Shown here in pieces: positions 40,376 to 54,295 of a DNA stretch of 64,000 nt (positions within the stretch are counted from its first letter, which is position 1; each line of letters starts with the position of its first letter). The stretch comes from Octopus vulgaris. Taxonomy: Eukaryota. Below the pieces are notes generated by a model. That model saw nothing but the letters and a program-made list of their open reading frames with translations. It ran no database searches and had not been told where the DNA came from. The DNA lies in assembly GCA_951406725.2 (NCBI GenBank), contig OX597816.1, positions 133,176,001 through 133,240,000 on the forward strand. Direction: 5' to 3'. The translations under genes were made by a program, and so were the position numbers.

Positions 40376-41628
40376 TCTATATATAAAACTGAGGGTGTGT
40401 GTTTGTGTGTGTGTGTGTGGGCGTATGTATGTGTGTGTGTGTGTGTGTGTATGTGTGTGTAAATACGCAGAACTTCTGAAGTTCGCAACTGATTTTCTAC
40501 AATCTGGGAACATACATTACTTATGTTCCAGAGATGGATTTAGACTATTAAAATTTCTCACATAATGAGTAACGGGGTCCCTGAGAGCAGAAAACCTCCT
40601 TTCCTGGGCGTATTTACGACTCCACGCAAGATCCACGCTTCTGTTTAAACAGGAAAAAACAGCTACTGAAATTATATAAGTAGGTTGTGTTAAATGGATG
40701 AACCGATATAGACTTCAAACTGCATTGTCTAAGCGGTAGCAATAATAGCATGTTCCCATAGTACCATAATTAATAATTTGTTGGAATAAAAACCGTTTGG
40801 AGCACCCTATATTTATTATGAAAAATATGCTAAAACCTGTTAAATACTGAGCAACTATTCAACTATTTTCTTTTAGGTTCAGCATCAATGTCTTCCTTCT
40901 AAGCATAGACGAAGCGCATACAAATATTCTTCAGCTATTGATTACAAACTGAAATATCGTATGTACATTAACTTATTAATTTATTGTGTCTAAGATCCAA
41001 CCACGTTAGTTAGAGACCATGTCCTTAATGTGACCTTGCGTTCCCAGACGCTGCATGCAGAATTGTTTTCGTTTGGAAGCAGAGTTGTCTTCATAGTGGT
41101 TGCACGCTGTTTACGCGAAGGAGTACACGGTTGAGCCACGACTATTGATCCCCAACTATGTCAGCAACCGAACGTCACATGACCCAACCACATTTGTTAG
41201 TGACTATGTCATTGATTTCAATCCCACCTCTTTACCCCGCCATTTCTTTCATGTAGATTTTTCTAATGTGGTGTTGTTGAGCACGTCCACCGGCTCAATT
41301 TATCACATAGATGTAATTCCTATGTCTTGTGATTGTTCAGCTTGGTAGCGACCGTGCCGACAGCTGCAAATGAAAGTATATCCCTTGAGAGCTTTTTGGT
41401 ACGTCCAAAATTCACATACGCCCCCAACTCCACTTTTCCATGACAGGTTAGGGACTGGAATCCTCCAAACGGACGCATGACATGTTGCTTAGTCGAATTA
41501 GCCCTTCATTTACTCCACAAATGTTTTGTCGTCAATGCTGCACTTCCCCGTATCACATGTTTCAACTTAACTGTACTATGTATACAAACTGTGCCATTTT
41601 AATCCTGAACTCCGGGTATCTCTGCTAG
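40376..41628 (+). mobile_element. Non-autonomous Helitron, head-to-tail with the previous one
   Basis: Starts TCTATATATAAAACTGAG directly after CTAG; ends CCGGGTATCTCTGCTAG. Confidence 0.75.
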
Positions 41629-41642
41629 TATATATAAAACGT

Positions 41643-41855
41643 AAGGCGGCGAGCTGGCAGAATCGTTAGCCCAGTAAAATGTTTGGTGGCGTTTCGTCCG
41701 ACTTTACGTTTTGAGTTCAAATTCCGCCGTGTTCGACTATGCCTTTCATTCTTTTGGAGGTCGATAAAATAAATACCAGTTGCACACTGGAGTTGATGTA
41801 ATTGACTTAGCCTCTCTCCCGAAATTGCTGGTCTTATGTCAAAATTTGAAATCAA
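41643..41855 (+). mobile_element. SINE family M
   Basis: Head AAGGCGGCGAGCTGGCAGAATCGTTAGC. Confidence 0.88.
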
Positions 41856-42513
41856 ATTATCTATAAAACGCTACGTGTATTTATATATATAGTTTATTTT
41901 GTTTTGTTGTTTTTAGTAACATTTAACCGTTTGAAGCTGTTGAATTTATCCCTCTTTATATTCCTAACTCATTCGATACGAGCTCTAAATTATACGACAC
42001 AAACTAGAGTCATTCTGTTTATTTATTTATTTGTCTATTTATTTATTGTATTCGAAAGTTCATTCAACTGGTTTCTTCGTCTCTGAATGCTCAACTGATT
42101 ATTTTATGTTCATAAATTTCTGATGATCAGATAAATTTTCTCTTTTATTTCTAATCAATATATGGAGTGCACAATGTGTAATGAATACATATTCAATACG
42201 CTATATATATATATTTGCATTCCGCTGTTTACTCCTTACAATGCACGCATGTATTTCTTGCGATAAGCAGAACGAAAAACACAAATAGTTTGAAATTGCA
42301 AATTGAAAGTTCATCAGGCCAAGGTATGTTTGAGCTGCTAATATGTACATTTGTAGCTTCCGTACGGAATGTATCAAATATGTTGTAAATGCACCCTTTT
42401 TTGCATAAACTAAACCTGCTGTCGCTTGAAAATCTTTCGAAGATGTACATAACCTGTTTGTGAGATCACGTACCTTAGTTTCAATAAGTATATATTTTGG
42501 CAGTTTTTAAATA

Positions 42514-43731
42514 TGAGGATGGGCTGAAAAGTTCATAGGATGACTATGGAAGAGTGATGTTAGAACTGTGGAATTTTGCATACATTAATTTCAACTTTTC
42601 TTATTAATAACTGCATTGTTTCTTTCCAGGCAAACTTATATCTGACTGTTCAAAGAACACTCCAAAAATAACTAGTGGCGACGTCTCTTGAAAATGGACA
42701 GAATTTGGCATGGTGATGTTATCAAGTGCCTACAGAAAAAGGATTAAGCTCCCAAGGATATTCATGCTGACATGGTTACATTAGAAGACGCCCCAGCTTA
42801 TCAACAGTGGGCAGCTGAATTTTGGAGGGGAAGGCAGAGTCTTGAAGATGACTCGAGCTCTGAACGTCCTGCAACTGCCACCACCGAGGAAAATATTGTG
42901 TTTGCCACATGGTGATGGATGACAAGCAATTGACTATAAATCGAAGAACCAATGCTATTAGCACACCATGTGAGAGAGTGAGAATATTCTGCACAATGAA
43001 CTTGGTATGACGAAAGTTTCTGCTCCATGAGTGTCACATCTTCTGACACATAATCAAAAGCGCACCAGGCTGATCACATCATGGAAAAATCTGGCATTGT
43101 TTCAGGTTGATCCTGCTGCTTTTCTTGAACGTTTCCTAATACAGGATGAGCGCTGGCTTCATCACTGTGAATCATAGACAAAGAGACAATCCATGCAATG
43201 CAAACACCCCGCATCACCTACTCCAAAGAAGGCCAAAGCCGTTTCATCTGCAGAGAAGGTGATGGCTTCATTCTGGGTGATGCAAATGGCATTTCCCTTC
43301 AATGGAGAGTTCTATGTCAACAACATGCTGAGGCAGTTACGAAAGGTTATCAAAACCAAACACCAAAGAAAACTGACGAAAAGGATCTTGTTTTATTAGG
43401 ACAATGCTCCAGCACAGAAGTCCTTGCTTTCAATGGCTGCTGTGCGTGACTGTGGCTTTGAACTAGTTGATCATCCTCCTTATTCTCTTGATTTGGCCCC
43501 AACATGAAAAAACACTTGGCTGGGAACTAGTGTCGCAGTGATGATGATGTCATACCTGCTGTTGATTACTTTTTTTACCTATAGAATGAAAGCTTTTCAC
43601 AAATGGGATTCAAGCACCGATGGAAGAAGTATATGAACCGCAAGGGAGACTATGTTGAAAAAATAACTTTAATTTGGTCACATTCTACGAGGTCATCTTG
43701 GTCAGACTATGAACGTTTCAGCCGACACTCG
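42514..43731 (+). mobile_element. Near full-length decayed mariner transposon
   Basis: TIRs TGAGGATGGGCTGAAAAGTTCATAG and CTATGAACGTTTCAGCCGACACTCG with TA flanks; WAAEFWRGRQSLEDD, LGMTKVSA, DERWLHH, KVMASFW, DNAPA, HPPYSLDLAP. Confidence 0.92.
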
Positions 43732-45541
43732 TACTTGCACAACTGTGAAATTATGTAGTGCATTTATTGTAGAAAATAATATAGATTACAATAACTAGTG
43801 AATCATTGACTACAAGATATTGTATACATTAAAGGTCATTAAATCTGTATATTTGTGGAGTGATAAATATAATTTTTTATTTTCCTGTTATTTTGGCATT
43901 TTTCTGTTATTTACATCTTACACTTATTAGCAACTTTCATCATGCACATTTTTCAGCAACAACTCCGTCATATCTCTAAAACCTCTAAAATTTCACTCTA
44001 TCCTCATAAAAAAAGGAAGCCGGCTATGGCGAATGTAATATTAAATATACTCTACCTTTAAAAAGCGTGATGATCGTAACCTTCGATCATAAGTCTATTA
44101 TGCTGATATAGGGTTAAACGTGAACTTTCAACAATCTGTTCTGTATCTTAATATTTCATTTGAATTGAAAACTGTAACATTGCTTTGAAATTCTCCACTC
44201 AAAAACCAGAAAGACAACATTTGCGTAGCCTAAAAAGTTTTTCCATTTTCTAAATACGTATTTATGATGTTTATTTTGTAAAATATTAGCCAAACTAAAC
44301 TACAAATCAGATTTTGATTTTCTTAGTTTTAGTCTAGACGTGAATTAATTATAACTAGCCTACCGATAATTCAACCATTTGGCTTTTGCGGTGATGGAAG
44401 TATTTTATGTTTGAATTTTATGCTTAGATGTTTGAATTCCAAATAAAATTTTATAAAATTATATTAATGGCAATCATACATGTATCATGCCATGCGCTCA
44501 AGCATTAAGAGTGGAATCGACATAACTTCTTTCAGCTGTAAGGTATTTCGTCCCAAGAATAAAGCTTTCTTAGTGAAAGTGTATTTAAGTATACAACCAT
44601 ATCCTGAGTAGATAGTAAACGAGTGAAAAGTGGTGTCATTCTATAAATTAGCGATAACATTTTCAGGGGCAACCATTCGGAAATATTCGTCTGCTACAGA
44701 CAACAGCATCTGTTTTAAAGGTAGATTTTAGAATAGTCTAGCAAGTATGAGCAGAATAATAGTAGTAACTGTGGTGGCTAACAGATGTACTCTTTCTCAC
44801 TATCTGGCAAGTTCTTAATTCAAATCATCACATTACAAATTAACCTACATTAACTTAGTCGCAAATTGAGCTAATTTTTGTTCACCGATTCACTACGACG
44901 CCATTCCCATATAAAGGCTACATTAATACATTAATTTTTATCATTATTTTATTCTTGCTTTTATTAATCATAGACGCTTTTTTTACAAATACAAGAATGT
45001 GTACTACGCATTTATCTAATCACTTCTCTAGGAAGATAATATATAAATTAGTTTACAAATCTTTCATCAGTTTCACTGAAAAAAAAAGAACAAGGAAATT
45101 TTATTTGAGTTCATTTTAATTTTTATATAACTTGTTGATTTTTTAATATAATTTCACCCTGAATATCTAGAAAGTGTTGTCTTAAATTAGTAAAAAGAAT
45201 AAAACAATAATAATATTCAGAGCAATAATTTTTTTTTCTACTATATTTTTCTTGGCGTAAAAAATTTCACATAAAATTTTGAGAAGTTTTTTTTTAAAAA
45301 TCTATGGAGGGAAATAATATTATTTTGAAAGTCGTTAAAAAATTACCGCTCTCAGGCCTATGAGATATTTCTCCGAGCCCATCAGAAAAAAGACGTTTGC
45401 TAGAGGTAACTTTTCGAATAGTGCCATCTGGATGATGCAAGAAACAGGTGCAAGAATTAAGCTTTCAGTGTGCCTGATTTTAAACATTTAACTATTTAAA
45501 CAACAAATTGTTTTCTCTCTCGATAGCAACCATACGCTCCC

Positions 45542-45600
<59 letters not shown>

Positions 45601-45784
45601 TCTTAACTAAGCTTTGCTTTGCCCCGACAGAACAGACTAGGCTACTTCAAATTACAAGAAGTGTTGGAATCAGATACCATTTAGTGTTAATCTCCAAATC
45701 TGTCATTGGCCCATTTGAGCTATTTCCTTTTGTACCTTTCTTAATTATGCAAATTATACTGGCTAATATTATTCGTTACCCTAA

Positions 45785-46000
45785 GACTGCGAGCTGGCAG
45801 AATCGCTAGCACACCACGCAGAATGCTTAGCAGCATTTCATCCGTCTTTTCATCCGTTCTGAGTTCAAATTACGACGAGGTTGACTTTGCTTTTCATCCT
45901 TTCGGGGTCGATAAAATAAATATATCAGTTGAGCATTGGGGTCGATGTAATCGACTTACCCCGTCCTCCAACTTGCTGCCTTGTGCCAAAATTTGAAACC
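45785..46000 (+). mobile_element. SINE family M with TSD
   Basis: TSD AATATTATTCGTTRCC on both sides. Confidence 0.88.
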
Positions 46001-46757
46001 AATATTATTCGTTGCCATTTTTCAGTATGTGAAAGACTTTGTCAATTGATCTGGCAGGCTTAAGTATATTATTCAATGCTAGTGCGGCTTAGAAGATCGA
46101 AATATGTTCATAGTTGTCTGCTACCTAGAAACATGCATGGATTCTCTTGGGAAGTAAATAAACTTCAAAAGATTAATTTTTAATTTATTTAAGATATCTC
46201 TCTATCTTTGAGAGTTACTAACAGTTACCGCTAGATTTGCTTTCTATTTCCAGATAAGAGGGAAAGTTCAATTAGTTAAGAATTTTATGCGTGCTGCATT
46301 CAATGCATCACTTAACTATCTAATTTCGTACCATTTCTCTAAACTCATTTTTTAAACACAATATTTCTGAAGAAAAGACTGGGATGTTTGCAAACCATCA
46401 GACAGACAAACGGATATAGGAAGAGTTATAGAAATAGGAATGATAGTGAATGAGATACAGAAAGAAGTAAAGAAAGAGAAGAAAGGTAGACACGAAGAGA
46501 TAAAAAAAGATCGGGGGAAAGAACAGTGAATGAGATACTGTCTGCTTGTGTTTAAACAAGAAAGAAAAAAACATGAAATAGGAAAGAATCAAAGGAAAAG
46601 GCCAGAACGAAAAATGAAAACAAAATGAATGACAATGTATGTTGCGCAATGTTTAATTAAGAAATAAGAGGCAGCAGCAGTTTACTATCAAGATGAAAAT
46701 CTATGATTAAAATACCATAAATTGTAATGAAGATATTTATAGATTGGTTCGGGAAAT

Positions 46758-46947
46758 AATTTCAATATTTTTTAAATAACTTCAACAAGGCGATCACCGA
46801 GGAAACTAATATTATTACTATTACCGAACCATTCAAAAGATATTCTTCTCGACCTCTTTACTTTCGTTAGGAATAGTTCGGTAATAGTAACAATATTAGT
46901 TTCCTCGGTGATCGCCTTGTTGAAGTTATTTAAAAAATGTTGAAATT
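46758..46947. repeat. Long inverted repeat (77-bp arms, 36-bp spacer)
   Basis: 46758-46834 versus 46871-46947, 3 mismatches. Confidence 0.9.
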
Positions 46948-46949
46948 TA

Positions 46950-47520
46950 TGGGCTTGCAGAATGGTCTGCAGACATACATTAACGTGCGGCTTCTGCAGA
47001 ACTTCCAGGACCGTGAGCGTGTGTAGCCACCGTTTGTCAGATACATCTTCCCACAATTTGTGTTTTTGACGGCACTGAAATCTTAGATTAAGTGAAGATC
47101 AATACTGGGCGCAAGGCATCAGAAATACCTTCAGTGGTAGGAAAGAACGAAGACGTTTTCAAGGAATCTCCGGATATCGAAGCGAATTATCTAGTTGGGC
47201 TCCCTCGGAGTATTTTCCAGCCGGGAACTATACACAACTACTAGTTAATCATGGCTTGGCAGTGCCTCAAAGATGCACTGACTTGTCCAGATAAAGTCGA
47301 TCGTCATAAATATGTTACTAACTGGGTCTGCTCGAGACGCACGCAAAGTAACGAAACTACTCTGTATGCACATTACTGATTTGTGAATATTTGATGAACA
47401 GATGTTGTCGCTTACTAGACAGACCTGGCTATCAGCCCAGTTCATCTTGAAGATCGACTCACTGTCACATTCCTTTGACCGGGAAGATAACGAAGGTTTA
47501 CTCTATTTCGTTTCTATGAC
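46950..47520 (+). mobile_element. Tx1/L1-like LINE C-terminal relic
   Basis: Degenerate MAWQCLKDALTCPDKVDRH..CSRRTQSNETTLYA resembles the zf-RVT region (AW..xAL..DK..CPRC..ET..HA); many stops. Confidence 0.45.
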
Positions 47521-49784
47521 GAAAAATTTTGTGTAGTAGATGCTACTGTGTAATCTTGAGCATCTACTGATGCGTTTTTATATATAAATTGAGGTGTCTG
47601 TAGCGTATCATAATGTGTTATAGGATATAATTGTGTTATACTTTATTATTGAAGAATTTTCTCTTATAAGCAATTAAACTGAACACAAAAATCAAGTAAA
47701 TGTAAAAGAAGTAACTTCCGCTTTAATATCCGATAATAATTCAAGTCATGTATATTTAACCAAATTAATATTGATCATTTATGATCATAAATGATCGATA
47801 TTGATTTGTTTTACGTAAAAAGCTCTTGTTTTATAAAGAGAATAAGTAGGGTTTCATGATATTCATAATTTAGCCAAGGCATTAGTAACCAAAATAAAGA
47901 AGAATAGTTTCAACCACTAATCGAAACTGGGTCGCGTCTTGACTTGTTATGAACTTACTCTTAGTCTATAGTGCTCATCATAAATCCTGATTATCGTTTC
48001 ATTTAGTTAATTGTTTCAAAATATGACCCATCTGGTTTTCAGTCCTGTATTTGTGCACTGCATGAGAGGATAAATTATTGTCTAATACACTGACATCTCA
48101 TAAAATCTTTCGAGTATTGCGTAACAAAGGAAGAAAGAAGCATCTATTTCATCCGATTATTCGACGTTAATATAGACCAATAGAAAGTCTGACTGAAATG
48201 CTGAGAATTTCATCTAGATAAAATTATAATATTAATAAATACATATTTTCCATTTAATGCGAACGGCTAAATATACATTTATGATCAGATTCATAATCGT
48301 TCAATCATTTGTAAATAGTTGGATCATTTCCAACGTGGTGTCTTTCGGCTATTGTTTGGTAACTTGGTAGCCATCATAATGTCGTGGTAGGTGGGGGTAG
48401 ATATATCATCCTTAGATGATACCGAATCTTATATCTGTAAACTCAAATTTGTTACCATAATTACATCGGTGTAACTGTAATTCCTATCGACAAATATAGA
48501 TTCTAATGATCGCCTGTAAGAGACTGGTTATACATAAGTTATACTCTGTATAATTCGGTTATACAGAGTTAAGAGAGGTGCTTTCAGTGACGTTAGCATT
48601 CATAACTTTATGTTTACATCAAAAACAAAATTATCCTGTTTTAAACCCCTTCCAGTTACAGGATAATTTGAATAAAACTTACTGAAATTTATAAGGTTCT
48701 TTGTCATTATGATACAGAGCAAAAATCAATCTGTCGATTTCAAAACTGTTTCAACGGTTTACTTTTGGTGAAAAGGCAGAGTCGATATATTGTTCAAGGT
48801 GTCTCATATTGGTAGATAATCGATATTAATTTCTGTGGGTTGGTGTCTTATGAAGTTCCAAAGGGTACAGTTCCGGCGAGAAAGTTTGAACGAATTTTTT
48901 GGGGGGTTTGTTTTTTGCGTGGTTTTGGAAATGAAAGACAGTAGAGATTGTGAAGAGAACAAAGACAGATGAATTGAGTGGAATGTAGACTGCTAGTTCA
49001 GTAGAATAGGATCTGATGTTGTAACAGCAGAAGATAAAGTGGAATGGAAAGAGTATGCAACTTGTTATATTTACCATGGTCATGGAGTAATGCCTATTAC
49101 TTATGTCAGGTTTTTCAGCACAGGAAGATGAGAAGAATGAAACTGGCGGGATTTAATGTAAAACTTGAAGAGCTTGAAATTAAAAGCGCAGATGTGCTTG
49201 AAAGTGTAGGAATTATAAGTGAACTTTGAACACAAGAAACAATGTCAAATATTTTAATAGATTTAGTTTGCTACTGCCTTATGACTGCAATTCACGAATT
49301 TCAAATTTTGGCACAAGGCCAACAATTTTAATGAAAGGGGGTAATTCGATTGCATCGACTCCAGTACTTGACTGGCACTTATTTTACCAACCCCGTGTTT
49401 GAACTCGGAATTTAAAGAACTGAATGCCGCTAACCATCTTGCTCGATTGTCACCTTGCCATCAAGAAATGATAGGACTACATAATGGCGAGTAATTTCAG
49501 TAAAAGCTATTAATTTTCAATATATGAAATCAGAAATATCAAAAAAAAACGTCAATGTAAAAGATGAAATACAGAAATATACGAATATTTCTGTCAAATT
49601 ATTCAATATTTTCACGAAGCAAATTATAGCAAAAACGAACTTTAAATTCAAAATTAATGCAAATTAAGTGAAACATACAAATGAGCGATTGGCAAATATA
49701 TGAAGTCACTTCAAAAGCGGTGTAAGAAAGAAATTTGTGATTATTTTAAATATTATGTAATAATAAGGTAATGAAGGTGAGTAT

Positions 49785-50150
49785 CATTTCTGTGGCTGTA
49801 TGATTAAGAGGATCACATTACAATCAAATGGTTTTGAGTTCAGTCCCACTGTGCGACACCTTGGGAAAGTATCATCTGCTACAGCCCAGGGGCTAGTTAA
49901 TGCCGTGTGAGTAAATTTGGTAGCAGAAACCCATCATGTGTGTGTATTTGAGTGTGTGTTTGTTCCTCATAACTCATTGACAATCGGTGTTGGTTTGTTA
50001 TCGTCACCGTCAACTAGCGGTTCGGTAAAAATGACCGATAGAATAAGAACCCTACAAAAAAAATAAGAACTGGATTCGATTCGTTCGACTTCCAAGGCGG
50101 TGCTCCAGCATGACCGTAGTCCAATAGCTGAAATAGTTAAAAGATAAAGA
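49785..50150 (+). mobile_element. SINE family A
   Basis: Head GTGGCTGTATG..GAGTTCAGTCCC, shared body and tail. Confidence 0.8.
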
Positions 50151-50237
50151 TCAATTCGATCTTTTGTAACTTAAACTGCAGAATAATATCGAAAGAGCTA
50201 TGATCACCATAAAAGCTATCTTCAATACCATTAACAT

Positions 50238-50437
50238 TGATTTCAACTTTTGGCACAAGGCTAGCAATTTCGGAGGTGAGCTAAGTCGATTACATCGACC
50301 CCAGTACTAAATTGGTACTTATTTTGTCAACCCCGAAAGTGGACCTCGGTGGAATTTGAACTCAAAACACGAAGAAGGACGAAATACCACTAAGTATTTC
50401 GTCCGGTGTGCTTACGATTCCGCCAGTCCTCCGCCTT
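50238..50437 (-). mobile_element. SINE family M
   Basis: TSD AATACCATTAAYATTG; other copies or partials at 7770-7930, 14270-14405, 17000-17150, 36620-36795, 49300-49430 and 59345-59553. Confidence 0.85.
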
Positions 50438-50621
50438 CTCTAATACCATTAATATTGTTAGTAAATAGCTAACTGTAGTGAAACAATTTTCTACACTGGA
50501 AGCACGTTTGTAGACCACATCACTTTAACATGGTTATTTACGCACAATCCTTCTAGTGACATAAAATCGGTATTGCCTTAGGAGTGAAATGATATTTTAC
50601 ATATAATTATGTCTAAAACGA

Positions 50622-50945
50622 AGGCGCGTAGCTTAGCAGTTGGGATATTTGGCTCACGATTGTAAAGTCGTGTGTTCGATTTCTGACGATGTGTTGTGTC
50701 CTTGAGCAAGACACTTCATTTCACGTTGCTCCAGTCATCTCAACAGGCCAAAATGAGTTGTATCTGTAATTCAAAGGGCCAGCCTTGTCACATTCTGTGC
50801 CACGCTGAATTTCCCCGAGAACTATTTTAAGAGTACACATATCTGTGGAGTGCTCAGCCACTTACATGTTAATTTCATGAGCAGATTGTTCCTTTGATCG
50901 GATGAAAAGGAAGTCCCGTCAGCATTAACAGTCGAAATGCCAGTT
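50622..50945 (+). mobile_element. tRNA-derived SINE with CORE-like body (family E; different tail from D)
   Basis: GGCGCGTAGCTTAG..GTTCGATT, then TGTGTCCTTGAGCAAGACACTTCATTTCACGTTGCTCCAG; partial minus copy at about 55245-55455. Confidence 0.75.
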
Positions 50946-52036
50946 GTTGATTTGATATCTAATACTATAAAAGAGATTTTGAAACTGAAAATTCTGTAAA
51001 ACAAGAACAAATTTGCAAAGGTGATTAGAAGAAAAAGTAAAAAGAAACAAACAGTAAGGATCAGGATTTTATTACCTCTTGGCTGAAAGTAACTAAATGA
51101 TCCAGATGGGAAAGGTGATATGTAGTGGAAAAAATTACATATTTTCTTTGTTGTATTTCAGACATCTTCATTTAGACATCTGTGCATCTCTTATTATAAA
51201 AGGCAGATTTTATCTGCCTCCCTTTGTCAGTTATAGAAATCTACAATATAGGATTTCTTCAATTACAATTTACCTAGCATTTTTAAGAGTAGAATGCATC
51301 GGGTCATGCCAGGTCCAGTTTTTAAAATTTAAACTCCAATTAAGCAAAATTTACAGAAAACTCACATTCTGGTGTGTATGTCAAATGCTTTTCTTAGTCT
51401 GGTTTACAGCACATGCAAACGCACACACACAGTGTGCAACGAATAAAGTGAAACTAATTCACTGCGTGTGTGTTGACAGGTAGACAATAGAATGCGATGG
51501 CGTTGGCGATGTAATATTTGTTTCTGTCTATCACGCTGATAGATACATGAGTAAAATGTATGGCAAGCTAAGAGATAAGAGTGAGTGAAAATGTTCTTGG
51601 AAGAGAGTAAAAGCGACAGAGTGATTTGAGGAAGACTAAACTGAAAGTATGAAACAGTGTTCATGTATAAACAGACGACACTTATATATAGTTATGTATG
51701 CATCCGTTTAACCCTTTCGTTACCAAACCGCCCGAATTTACCTATTCATATTTAAATGAGAATATCAGAGTAAATCTCTTTAGTACATTCGTGAAAACAC
51801 GTATTATACTTCGTAAACACTTCAAATACAGTTTTGTACAAAAATCGAAGTGTAATTTTAATTCCGTGAATTATGGGAGATTTTTTTCCGAAATTTGTTC
51901 CTATTGTGTTTTCGAAATTTGTAATTCTGACAAAAAATGGATACGAATTTCATTATATCAAGCAGCGAGTCAGAATTCGAAGGATTTTCTACTGAAGACC
52001 TTCATAAATCTAACTCTATGACTGAAAAAAAAAGCA

Positions 52037-52431
52037 TCTTTATATAAGAGTGAAGTTGTGTGTCTGTCTCCTACGATTTAGATTCGTAACTACTCCCACA
52101 TTTTGCGGTGCAGTTTAACCAAAAGCGGGTATCTTATAGTCGTGATTCATATCGAGCCCTTCTGGGTATTAGCGCGCGTCTACGATGAGTCTACGATTTA
52201 AAAAAAATTTACCATCATATTTTTCCATTTTAATGCATTTTTTCGCTTTTATATAAGGGCAGTAACTCTCTAAAAATATCTACGATGTGTCAACGATTTA
52301 AAAAAAAAATTTACCTTAATTTTTTTTCAATTTTTAATGCATTTTTTTGCTATTTTTTGGCTATAACTCTCTAAAAATGCTTATATAGTTATTTCCCTTA
52401 CAACCCGAGCAACGCCGGGCGATACTGCTAG
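52037..52431 (+). mobile_element. Non-autonomous Helitron
   Basis: A|TC 5' end, 3' hairpin CCCGAGCAACGCCGGG, CTAG|T. Confidence 0.85.
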
Positions 52432-53310
52432 TAGTCTATAAATGTTGTGTGATTAGCTTCGGCTTTACTAACAATAAGCTTCCTTTCTAAATAGTAAGTT
52501 TACATGTAACGTTTAAACTTTGTCATTAATCTGAATTTAAAAGATTCTCATTAACAATTATATCGTTCAACTCCTAAGGTAATATAAGATATTTTATCTA
52601 ACGTTGTCTTACTATATTTGGTGAAAGACGATATGAAATTTAAATCTTGGAACGTGTATTTCTAAACTAAGCAAATTCTTCCATGTAAGCTGTAGCAAGA
52701 AAAAATTACAACTGAATCGCCGTACAAATTTTTTGTTGTTGTTAGACCCAGCTCAGTAGTGATCTAGCAGACATACAGTCAAATACTCAACAGCTTTGAT
52801 AATTTGTCTGCAATTTCTAGCAGATCGAGCGACAGCTTAGTGGCTTCTGCCTTGTTTCATCACTTCTGTGAGATAAAGGCTAATTACTTCTATTCACTAA
52901 TGTCATATTTCCACCAACCCTTGCATTTATTTACTATTCCATCGACATCTTTATATGATAGGATTAGCGATGTTTTGTTATACGATCCAGAAAGTGGGAA
53001 AAATTACATCAGTAGAGATCGGCATAATAAAATGAAAGGAAAATAATGGCCAGTAGCACTCCACTAAATTTCGCAATAAAATGTTACTAAGAGACCCTTT
53101 TTTTAAATCTGAAAGTTTATATCGAAATTGTTTATATGTAGAAGAAATGGCTACTCTTTTATACAAGTGTCTGTGAGAATTGAAGACGATATCATTAAAA
53201 TCAATGAGCTGACTGAAAGAAATTATGTCGCACGAGATATTTGTTTGGTGGGCTGCTGTTATGCTTTGACAGTATTATCTGGCCTAATTATTATATTTTA
53301 GTTTATTATT

Positions 53311-53422
<112 letters not shown>

Positions 53423-54295
53423 GAATAGAATAGAATAAATCCAAAGCATTTTACAAATATTGGATTTTGCAAATGCCATTTAGTTACATTAAGTTTGTAT
53501 CACTTTCATTTCATTTCTAAGAAAACAATTCTTCTACGCTCTCTGTCGAGTTAAGTAGTTTAATTTTCTGGATCATAAAACGGAACAGCGCCAGGAGGAT
53601 TATTTTTTAGAACCCTTTTAGTATAGCGATAATTAATGGTTTGCATAGACTTTTTAAAATAGAGATTAATACTAATATTAAGATTGAACCGTTCTAAATA
53701 TGTAGCCAGAGAAAAAAATATGGGTAAGGTATTTCAGATGATAACACATCCGGAAAATGAGGCTAGGAAAAGGTATATTTTGGAGCTAAAAGGTGAGACA
53801 CAGTAGAAACGATGAAGGGAGAATAGGTAGCTGCGTTGAGTACGATAAAATGTGGGTAAATTCGGAGGTGTAGAGCACATTTTAATAGCGGTAGAAGTGC
53901 AAACAATTGTTAATCATAAAAATAACATACTGCTTTAGAGTGGTCTAAAACATATGGTACAATCTGAGACATCAAATCATTTTAAAGAAAATATTCAGAC
54001 GTATCTTTTAATGTTCTAATTATTCACACTTAAACGAATAAATATTTTACACGTATTTAGTAACGCATCTCAATATTTAAGCAAGTACGGTGAAGTATAT
54101 GTTTCTCTGAAGAGGTTTAATAATATATCCAAAGTTGTGTCCCGCACTTGGCGAAATGATTTAAATAATATTAGTAACTGAGCTAATATTATCTCGCCTA
54201 TAAGAATTCTGCATATAATAACTTAACTAATACTTTTAATACAATGGCAACTCTGAGAAACTGACTGCAAGGATATATTTTCGAAGAAAATATTC

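Noticed and set aside
48826-49083. Possible CR1/Jockey-type C-terminal relic (FCCYNIRSYSTELA); similar faint LINE-like patches at 9650-9860, 12800-13120 and 15440-15640
   Set aside because: The similarity is too weak to support by eye.
51187-52030. Helitron-like 5' end (TCTCTTATTATAAAAGGCAG) and piggyBac-like end (TTAACCCTTT at 51708)
   Set aside because: I could not identify partner termini.
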